Shown here in pieces: positions 52,501 through 64,000 of a stretch of DNA of 64,000 nucleotides; the first letter of the stretch is position 1, and each line of letters opens with the position of its first letter. The notes beneath the pieces are model-generated. The model made no database searches. It saw nothing but the letters and a program-made list of their open reading frames with translations, and was not told where the DNA came from. The position numbers and the translations under genes were made by a program. Origin of the DNA: Eledone cirrhosa (Eukaryota); assembly GCA_964016885.1 (NCBI GenBank), contig OZ024740.1, positions 316,076,001 to 316,140,000 on the forward strand, written 5' to 3'.

Positions 52501-55500
52501 ATCACCACTACTATTGACACCACCACTACCACCAACATCACCCCTACTATTGACACCACCACTGCCACCAACATCACCACTACTATTGACACCACCACTA
52601 CCACCAACATCACCCCTACTATTGACACCACCACTACCACCAACATCACCCCTACTATTGACACCACCACTACCACCAACATCACCACTACTATTGACAC
52701 CACCACTGCCACCAACATCACCACTACTATTGACATCACCACTACCACCAACATCACCACTACTATTGACACCACCACTGCCACCAACATCACCCCTACT
52801 ATTGACACCACCACTACCACCAACATCACCACTACTATTGACACCACCACTGCCACCAACATCACCACTACTATTGACATCACCACTACCACCAACATCA
52901 TCAATACCACTACCACCACCGATACCACTACCACCAACATCACCACTACTATTGACATCACCACTACCACCAACATCACCACTACTATTGACACCACCAC
53001 TGCCACCAACATCACCCCTACTATTGACACCACCACTACCACCAACATCACCCCTACTATTGACACCACCACTACCACCAACATCACCACTACTATTGAC
53101 ACCACCACTGCCACCAACATCACCCCTACTATTGACATCACCACTACCACCAACATCATCAATACCACTACCACCACCAATACCACTACCACCAACATCA
53201 CCACTACTATTGACACCACCACTGCCACCAACATCATCACTACTATTGACACCACCACTGCCACCAACATCATCAATACCACTACCACCACCAATACCAC
53301 TACCACCAACATCATCACTACTATTGACACCACCACTGCCACCAACATCATCACTACTATTGACACCACCACTACCACCAACATCATCAATACCACCACC
53401 ACCACCAATACCACTACCACCAACATCATCACTACTATTGACACCACCACTACCACCAACATCACCCCTACTATTGACACCACCACTACCACCAACATCA
53501 CCACTACTATTGACACCACCACTACCACCAACATCACCCCTACTATTGACACCACCACTACCACCAACATCACCACTACTATTGACAACACTACTACCAC
53601 AAACATCACCCCTACTATTGACACCACCACTACCACCAACATCACCACTACTATTGACAACACTACTACCACCAACATCACCAATACCACCAAATCCACC
53701 ACTACCATCATCATCACCATTACCACCAACACCACTACTACTATCACTAACATCACTACTACCACCAACACCACTACCATTAACACCACCACTACGATCA
53801 ATACACCATCATCACTGCCACCACTACCACCAACATCACCAATACCACCACCACCACCACCACTACCACCAACATCACCACTACTATTGACACCACCACT
53901 ACCACCAACATCACCCCTACTATTGACACCACCACTACCACCAACATCATCAATACCACTACCACCACCAATACCACTACCACCACCAATACCACTACCA
54001 CCAACATCACCACTACTATTGACACCACCACTACCACCAACATCACCCCTACTATTGACACCACCACTACCACCAACATCACCACTACTATTGACACCAC
54101 CACTACCACCAACATCACCACTACTATTGACACCGCCACTACCACCAACATCATCAATACCACCACCACCACCAATACCACTACCACCACCAATACCACC
54201 ACCACCACCACTACCACCAACATCACCACTACTATTGACACCACCACTACCACCAACATCACCACTACTATTGACACCACCACTACCACCAACATCACCA
54301 CTACTATTGACACCGCCACTACCACCAACATCATCAATACCACCACCACCACCAATACCACTACCACCACCAATACCACCACCACCACCACTACCACCAA
54401 TACCACCACCACCACCACTACCACCAACATCACCACTACTATTGACACCACCACTACCACCAACATCACCCCTACTATTGACACCACCACTACCACCAAC
54501 ATCACCACTACTATTGACACCACCACTGCCACCAACATCACCCCTACTATTGACATCACCACTACCACCAACATCATCAATACCACTACCACCACCGATA
54601 CCACTACCACCAACATCACCACTACAATTGAGACCACCACTACCACCACCAATACCACTACCACCAACATCACCACTACTATTGACACCACCACTGCCAC
54701 CAACATCATCACTACTATTGACACCACCACTGCCACCAACATCATCAATACCACTACCACCACCAATACCACTACCACCAACATCATCACTACTATTGAC
54801 ACCACCACTACCACCAACATCATCAATACCACCACCACCACCAATACCACTACCACCACCAATACCACCACCACCACCAATACCACTACCACCACCAATA
54901 CCACCACCACCACCACTACCACCAACATCACCACTACTATTGACACTACCACTACCACCAACATCATCAATACCACCACCACCACCAATACCACTACCAC
55001 CACCAATACCACCACCACCACCACTACCACCAACATCACCACTACTATTGACACCACCACTACCACCAACATCACCACTACTATTGACACCACCACTACC
55101 ACCAACATCACCACTACTATTGACACCACCACTACCACCAACATCATCAATACCACCACCACCACCAATACCACTACCACCACCAATACCACCACCACCA
55201 CCACTACCACCAACATCACCACTACTATTGACACCACCACTACCACCAACATCACCACTACTATTGACACCACCACTACCACCAACATCACCACTACTAT
55301 TGACACCACCACTACCACCAACATCATCAATACCACCACCACCACCAATACCACTACCACCAACATCACCACTACTATTGACACCACCACTACCACCAAC
55401 ATCACCCCTACTATTGACACCACCACTACCACCAACATCACCCCTACTATTGACACCACCACTACCACCAACATCACCACTACTATTGACACCACCACTA

Positions 55501-58500
55501 CCACCAACATCACCACTACTATTGACACCACCACTACCACCAACATCACCCCTACTATTGACACCACCACTACCACCAACATCACCCCTACTATTGACAC
55601 CACCACTACCACCAACATCACCCCTACTATTGACACCACCACTACCACCAACATCACCACTACTATTGACACCACCACTACCACCAACATCACCCCTACT
55701 ATTGACACCACCACTGCCACCAACATCACCACTACTATTGACACCACCACTACCACCAACATCACCCCTACTATTGACACCACCTCTACCACCAACATCA
55801 CCCCTACTATTGACACCACCACTACCACCAACATCACCACTACTATTGACACCACCACTGCCACCAACATCACCACTACTATTGACATCACCACTACCAC
55901 CAACATCACCACTACTATTGACACCACCACTGCCACCAACATCACCCCTACTATTGACACCACCACTACCACCAACATCACCACTACTATTGACACCACC
56001 ACTGCCACCAACATCACCACTACTATTGACATCACCACTACCACCAACATCATCAATACCACTACCACCACCGATACCACTACCACCAACATCACCACTA
56101 CTATTGACACCACCACTGCCACCAACATCACCCCTACTATTGACATCACCACTACCACCAACATCATCAATACCACTACCACCACCAATACCACTACCAC
56201 CAACATCACCACTACTATTGACACCACCACTGCCACCAACATCATCACTACTATTGACACCACCACTGCCACCAACATCATCAATACCACTACCACCACC
56301 AATACCACTACCACCAACATCATCACTACTATTGACACCACCACTGCCACCAACATCATCACTACTATTGACACCACCACTACCACCAACATCATCAATA
56401 CCACCACCACCACCAATACCACTACCACCAACATCATCACTACTATTGACACCACCACTACCACCAACATCACCCCTACTATTGACACCACCACTACCAC
56501 CAACATCACCACTACTATTGACACCACCACTACCACCAACATCACCCCTACTATTGACACCACCACTACCACCAACATCACCACTACTATTGACAACACT
56601 ACTACCACAAACATCACCCCTACTATTGACACCACCACTACCACCAACATCACCACTACTATTGACAACACTACTACCACCAACATCACCAATACCACCA
56701 AATCCACCACTACCATCATCATCACCATTACCACCAACACCACTACTACTATCACTAACATCACTACTACCACCAACACCACTACCATTAACACCACCAC
56801 TACGATCAATACACCATCATCACTGCCACCACTACCACCAACATCACCAATACCACCACCACCACCACCACTACCACCAACATCACCACTACTATTGACA
56901 CCACCACTACCACCAACATCACCCCTACTATTGACACCACCACTACCACCAACATCATCAATACCACTACCACCACCAATACCACTACCACCACCAATAC
57001 CACTACCACCAACATCACCACTACTATTGACACCACCACTACCACCAACATCACCCCTACTATTGACACCACCACTACCACCAACATCACCACTACTATT
57101 GACACCACCACTACCACCAACATCACCACTACTATTGACACCGCCACTACCACCAACATCATCAATACCACCACCACCACCAATACCACTACCACCACCA
57201 ATACCACCACCACCACCACTACCACCAACATCACCACTACTATTGACACCACCACTACCACCAACATCACCACTACTATTGACACCACCACTACCACCAA
57301 CATCACCACTACTATTGACACCGCCACTACCACCAACATCATCAATACCACCACCACCACCAATACCACTACCACCACCAATACCACCACCACCACCACC
57401 ACTACCACCAACATCACCACTACTATTGACACCACCACTACCACCAACATCACCCCTACTATTGACACCACCACTACCACCAACATCACCACTACTATTG
57501 ACACCACCACTGCCACCAACATCACCCCTACTATTGACATCACCACTACCACCAACATCATCAATACCACTACCACCACCGATACCACTACCACCAACAT
57601 CACCACTACAATTGAGACCACCACTACCACCACCAATACCACTACCACCAACATCACCACTACTATTGACACCACCACTGCCACCAACATCATCACTACT
57701 ATTGACACCACCACTGCCACCAACATCATCAATACCACTACCACCACCAATACCACTACCACCAACATCATCACTACTATTGACACCACCACTACCACCA
57801 ACATCATCAATACCACCACCACCACCAATACCACTACCACCAACATCATCACTACTATTGACACCACCACTACCACCAACATCACCCCTACTATTGACAC
57901 CACCACTACCACCAACATCACCCCCTACTATTGACACCACCACTACCACCAACATCACCACTACTATTGACAACACTACTACCACAAACATCACCCCTAC
58001 TATTGACACCACCACTACCACCAACATCACCACTACTATTGACAACACTACTACCACAAACATCACCCCTACTATTGACACCACCACTACCACCAACATC
58101 ACCACTACTATTGACAACACTACTACCACAAACATCACCAATACCACCAAATCCACCACTACCATCATCATCACCATTACCACCAACACCACTACTACTA
58201 TCACTAACATCACTACTACCACCAACACCACTACCATTAACACCACCACTACGATCAATACACCATCATCACTGCCACCAATACCACCACTACCATTGAC
58301 ATAATGAACAGTCGTACTACCACTACCACTGACATCACCACTACTACTAACACTACCACCAACATTACTACTACCACCAACACCACTACCATTGACACCA
58401 CCACTGCCACCAACACCACCACCACTACCACCACAAATACCACCAACACCACCACCACTACCATCAACACCACCACCACTACCACCAACACCACTACCAC

Positions 58501-58830
58501 AAATACCACATAATTAAGTCATACTACCACTGCCATTGACACCACTACTACCACTAACACTACCACCAACATCACTACTACCACTGACACCACTACTACC
58601 AATAGTACCACCACTACCATTGACACCACCACCACTACCACCAACACCACCAACATCACTACTACTACCAACACCACTACCATTGATGCCACCACTACCA
58701 ACATTACCACCATCACTACAAACAATACCAATACCACCACCACTACTACCAACATCACAACTAACACTACCACCAACATCACTACTACTATCACCACCAC
58801 TACCATTGAAATCATTAACAGTAGTACTAA
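46576..58830. repeat. 36-bp minisatellite ATTGACACCACCACTACCACCAACATCACC(C/A)CTACT, roughly 300 units, with higher-order duplications; degenerate (ACC/ACT)n after ~58280
   Basis: Directly visible; unique end-block with ACGATCAATACACC at ~53795, ~56803 and ~58252. Confidence 0.98.
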
Positions 58831-59122
58831 AACCTTATACAACCGTTATTATCATTACTGTTCTCCTAAATACAATGGCCATCATTATCAACACCATAAT
58901 TGGTATGTTTCTTCCCATAAATATCCCAGTCACAAATATAATGATCATATCTGTGAGATTCTGTTAAATTGTAAACCATGTAATAAAATCACTTTCACAC
59001 AACAGAGATATCAAACAGTAATATTGATATTATTTTACTTGGTGTACCTTATAAAAGTTTAATTTCTGGTTGCAGACATATTTTCATGTTATTTCAATAT
59101 ATTTCTACAATACCTCAGTCTA

Positions 59123-62100
59123 CATCATCATCATCATCATCTTCGTTTAACGTCCATCTTCCACGCTAGCATGGGTTAGACGGGTGTTGTCCCACTTGAG
59201 GCAAGGTTGGTCGGGTGACCGTGTCTCTCTCATATAGGACTATCTGGCAGGTTTTCTACGGCTGGATGCCCTTCCTAACACCAACCACATTTACAGTGTG
59301 GAACTGGGAACTTTTTACCGTGTTACCTACATGGCCACATTACAGTGTGGACTGTGCATTTTTTTGTCATGACACCTACACGATCTCGATCTCGATCTCA
59401 TTATCTCTTATTTGAACTGGATGTTGTGATACCAACTTTACAGAGAGAGGGTGGTGTTGGTGGGAGTGGGAGGATAGGGTATGGGTAGTGGGTTGGGGTG
59501 TATATTTGGTTAAGAGGTTCCTACTGACTGTAGGTTTTGCTTTGTACATAGGCAAGGCAAGTCTTCTGTATTACTGCGTAGCGCCAAAGATCTCGGTCCA
59601 GTGACATTGTCTTAGAGAGGTGCAAGTGTGTAAGGTCAGAATTTATCAGATCGTCCCAGGTTTTTCTGGGTCTACCTACTCCGTAACTACCATCAATTTT
59701 GATCGCCCTGCACTTTTTTATACAGCTGTTGTCTTTCATGCACATCACGTGGCCATACCAACGTAGTCTTCTCTCAAGTAAACAGCATCTGATCCCTCTT
59801 ATTCCTAGTTTCTCACTTAGTTCATTTATGCTTTGCCGCTCACGTATTACACATCCAACGGAGCATGCATGCTTTGTTCCTTTCCAGTCTGCGCAGGTCC
59901 TCTGCACGTAATGCCCATGTCTCACTGCCATGTAACATTGCTGTTCGTATACAGGCATCATACAATCTGCCTTTCATTTTTAGAGAGAAAGCATTTGTGG
60001 CCAACAGCGGTATAAGCTCTCTGAACTTTTTCCATCCCATTCTGACTCTGGCTACTGTACTTTCAGAACACCCTCCACCACTGCTGATTTTGTCACCCAG
60101 GTAACGGAAAGTGTCTACTATTTCTATAGAACCATCTGGGCAATAGAAGGGGCTAGTATCCTGTGGACACTTGCACCTGAGCATCGGCCACATATAAAGT
60201 CTACGTTCTTAGATAGCTTACCTGTGATCCCACTACATCTTTTATGTACCCATACTTTGCATTTGGGACATAACATTGAATTTCTGCCTACTCCTTTCCT
60301 ACACACTGAGCAAGGCCATTTCCCTGAGGGTACCTGTGCCCTATTTTCCTTTCTACAAACTAGGACTTTAGTCTTAGACAAGTTAATTTTAAGGCCTTTT
60401 GATTCTAGGCCATGCTTCCATGTTTCGAATTTCTTCTCTAGTTCAGCCATTGATTCAGCTATGAGCGTTAGATCATCTGCATATAGGAGTTCCCATGGGC
60501 AGCCGGTCTTGAACTCCTCTGTTATAGCCTGAAGGGCAATAATAAATAGGAGGGGGCTAAGGACAGAGCCTTGATGAACACCAACTTTTACACTAAATTC
60601 TTCACAATATTCATTGTTAATTCTAACCTTACTGACTGTTTCTTTATACATAACTTGTATAGCTCTCACAAGCCATTCATCTACACCTAGTTTTCTAAGA
60701 GCCCACCAGATAATGGAACAGGGGACTCTGTCAAAGGCTTTCTCCAGGTCTACAAAAGCTAAGTAGAGGGGTTTACTTTTAGCTAGGTATTTCTCCTGTA
60801 GTTGTCGTACAAGGAAAAGAGTGTCTGTGATACTTTTACCTGACATAAACCCAAACTGCATTTCATCTAGATCAATTCGCTCTCTGATTAGTTGCGCTAT
60901 AACTCTTTCTGTGACCTTCATGACCTGGTCAACTAACTTAATGCCTCTATAGTTTCCCCCTATCTAGAGTATCCCCTTTACCCTTGTAGCAGTTAATGAT
61001 GATGCTGCTACGCCAGTCTTTTGGTATGACCCCATTCTGTATGACTTGGTTAACTATACGGGTGACCATAGTATGTCCCACCATTCCAGATGCCTTCAAC
61101 ATCTCAGCAACTATCTCTGAAGGTCCAGCTGCCTTGCCTGTCTTCATATCTTTGATTGCCTTACTTATTATATTACCTTTAACTTGCACCACTGGTCCTT
61201 CTATTGGATCGATTTGGGGCAGACTATCTTTTTCCCATTTATTCTCCTCATTTAATAGTCTCTCGTAGTGACACTTCCAGGCTATCTTCTTATCAGTGAG
61301 GGCAAGTACACCGTTATCATTACAGACACACTTCTCCCTGACAATATCACGGTTTTCCTTGACACATTGTCTAGCAATCCTGAACACCTCACGTTTTTGG
61401 TCCTCACGTTGTAGAACATGCTTGAACTTTCTATCCTCTGCTTCCCTTTTTGCAAGGTACACTTGTTTCCTAGCTTCTCTCCTGGCCACTTGATAGTGCT
61501 CTCTACTTCCCCCATCCTGCCATACTTTCCAAGCCTGCTTTTTGGCCTTGATTGTCTCCTCCACCTTACTGTTCCACCACTAAGTTACTCTCCTCCTGCC
61601 AATAGGTCTGCTCCAGCCACAGATTTCATCCGTTGCTTTCAGCAGGTTCACTTTCAAGAATTGCCACTGTTCCTCTATATTGCACGTCTCTAATTGCTCT
61701 TCCTTATTGTCAAAGGCATCAAGTAATAGGCTTTTAAATTTGTCACTGGCTATGTGGTCCTTCAACTTCCATATTCTTCTCCTCAAGGTAGGCCTCCTCT
61801 GTTGTCGAGTACGTCTATTCCTGACTATGAGGTCACTAACTACTAGGCTATGTTGGGAGGTGCATTCTTCAGGGAGGAGGGATTTAGTGTTTACAACAGA
61901 CACTTTGTCTCGTCTTCTAGTAAGGATATAATCTATCTGGCTGGCGTGTTCCCCTGATCTATAGGTGATCAAGTGGTTTTCTCGTTTTTTGAAGTTTGTG
62001 TTACAGATAGTTAGGTTATTAGCGTCACAGAATTCCAGGATTCTGAAGCCCTCCTCATTTCTATTTCCAACCCCATAGCCTCTATGGATTCCATCATAGC

Positions 62101-62342
62101 CATCACTATGTTGTCCAATGAGACCGTTTAGATCGCCAGCAATAATTAAGTAGTCGCTGTCGGTTATTTGGGAGGTAGTGTGCATTAGTGTCTCATAGAA
62201 CCTGTCCTTTATAACGTTAGGTAGACCAGATTGGGGTGCATAAGCGGATATCATTGTCACAGTAGTTCTATTTAGAACTAGTCTTATTTTAATTATTCTG
62301 TCATTCACTCTATTTACGTCAATTACCTTATCTACCCATTTA
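59123..62342 (-). mobile_element. RTE family 2, older subfamily, 5'-truncated with several stops and frameshifts
   Basis: ORF pieces 61580-62308, 60947-61564, 60124-60921, 59840-60193; homologous 3' UTR and (GAT)n tail. Confidence 0.93.
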
Positions 62343-62805
62343 TCATCATCATCATCATCATCTTTGTTTTACATCTGTTTTTCCATGCTTGCATGGGTTA
62401 GATGGGTCCTTTTCAACACAGCATCTCTCTACATGCTGCGCTCCTTTGTCATCTCCTCTGTAACTCTCAGCGATTTAAGGTCAGCTCTCACAACTTCTGC
62501 CCAACTTGATCTACCTCTACTGTGGCTTCCTTCAACTGGGATTTCCTAGCACTTTTTCCAGTGGTCACCATCCATGCACATCACATGTCCATACCAATGC
62601 AGTTTTTCTCCCTTGCATACTACTTCGAATTCCTCTTAAACCCAGTTTCTCTCTCAGTTTTTCCAAACTCTGCCTTTCTCTCATATTTACATTACACATC
62701 CAACTTGATGATAAATGTGCATTTGCCTAGAAAGATTGTCAGGGATCTTCATCCATCATCATCATCATCCCCGTTTAATGTCCATGTTTCCACGCTGGCA
62801 TGGGT
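62343..62805 (-). mobile_element. Degraded RTE 3' fragment
   Basis: Homologous to 662-1005; own (GAT)n tail. Confidence 0.8.
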
Positions 62806-62940
62806 TAGACGAGTAATCCTGTTGTGAGCAATGCCAGGTCAAGTGACCATGTCTTGCTCATACAGAACTGATTTTGGCTTAGCTTCTACATGTAGATGCC
62901 CTTCCTAGCACCAACCTCATTTACAGTACAATACAATTAA

Positions 62941-63290
62941 GGCTGGTGGATGGACATAATCATTAGAATATCAGATAAAATACCTTGCAATATTTGTTAT
63001 GAGACCTTACATTCTGAGTTCAAATCCTGCTGAGGTTAGCTTTGCCTTTCATCTTTATGGGGGGTCTAAAAAATAAAGTACCAGTAATGCACTGGAGTTG
63101 ATTCAATTGACTTTCCCTCTCACCCAAAATGGTTGGCCTTGTGCCTAAATCAGAAACCAGTATTTGTAATGACACTTTACATTCTTTACATTCTTAGTCT
63201 AAATCCTGCCAAGGTTAACTTCAATAAAGTACTGGAGTTGATATAATCGATTTTCTTTCCCCTCACCCATAAATTGCAGGCCTTGTGCAT
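62941..63290 (+). mobile_element. SINE family B, one diverged copy plus a fragment
   Basis: B box GAGTTCAAATCC, GCCTTTCATC body, GGCCTTGTGC tail twice. Confidence 0.75.
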
Positions 63291-63737
63291 GTTTCTGTTC
63301 TTTTTTCCCCACTTATTCCTGAGAGGGTTGTGTGAGCAGAGTCCTCAAACACTCCTCCTTCCAGTGGGTCCTGTCAGAAGCAACCATCTCCAACTGATCT
63401 GGCTAGATCCCCAAGTGAGACCAACCAAGCTCATGGATGTTATCCAACCATCTTGATTAGGGTCTACTCCTGTTCCTAAATTGGAAATTATAAAATTGAA
63501 AATCAATATATATGAAGAATTTTAACAGTTTAATGGGCGTTTTTTGGGACTTTAGAATTGGTTTAAAAAATGAATCCATTGAATATGTAGTAATTATATG
63601 GAATGGAATAAATGATTTACATATTTATTAGTGAAATAGAGCAGCAAGAATATCTTAACTGAATTAATGAAGTAATTGAACTGTTTAAGGCTAGAAGAAA
63701 GAGATTTGGGTAATTAGGAATTAGAGTTGGTTTAGAC

Positions 63738-64000
63738 TGGAGAGAGGGGAAGAGGGAGAGAGAGTGGGGTGAGTGAAAGAGGATGGAGAGAGGAGAGAGA
63801 AGAGGAGAGGAGAGGAGAGAGGGGTGGAGTGAGTGAGAGAGAGAAGAGGGTAGAGAGAAAGGGGAGTGAGTGAGAGAGGGTGGAGAGAGACTAAGAGAGA
63901 GAGTGGTGGAGAGAGACAGAGACGATATAGAGAGAGACAGAGAAGATATGGAGAGGAAGAGTGAGGGGAGTGAGATGGAGAGATAGATAGAGAGAGAGTG
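63738..64000. repeat. Purine-rich (GA) low-complexity tract
   Basis: Directly visible. Confidence 0.9.

Noticed and set aside
46479-58258. Poly-Val ORFs and the Gly-rich minus frame with repeated RGD (GGVNSRGDVGGS)
   Set aside because: Expected from GGT-rich composition; RGD is lost in about half the units; no start or splice support

Overview
Eukaryotic, AT-rich, repeat-dominated window with no confidently identifiable host protein-coding gene. The repeat content (RTE LINEs, two tRNA-headed SINE families, (TA)n/(ATC)n/(ACC)n arrays) suggests a mollusc, probably an octopus; this is inference. Contents: (i) at least five lineages of RTE-clade LINEs, two of which carry a PHD-type C4HC3 zinc finger inserted inside the RT domain; (ii) Penelope-like element (PLE) remnants, and four sequence-distinct minimal type I hammerhead ribozyme motifs in the first 16.4 kb, two of them inside near-perfect fold-back palindromes; (iii) SINEs built from RTE 5' and 3' modules, with the same module reappearing as the 3' UTR of one RTE family and as a 48-bp tandem array; (iv) remnants of L1/Tx1, CRE, R4/Dong and CR1/Jockey LINEs plus mariner-like, piggyBac-like and foldback MITEs; (v) a ~12 kb 36-bp minisatellite with higher-order duplications and a 10.4 kb stop-free Thr/Pro-rich frame of uncertain meaning. 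All family assignments come from motif recognition by eye, not database searches.
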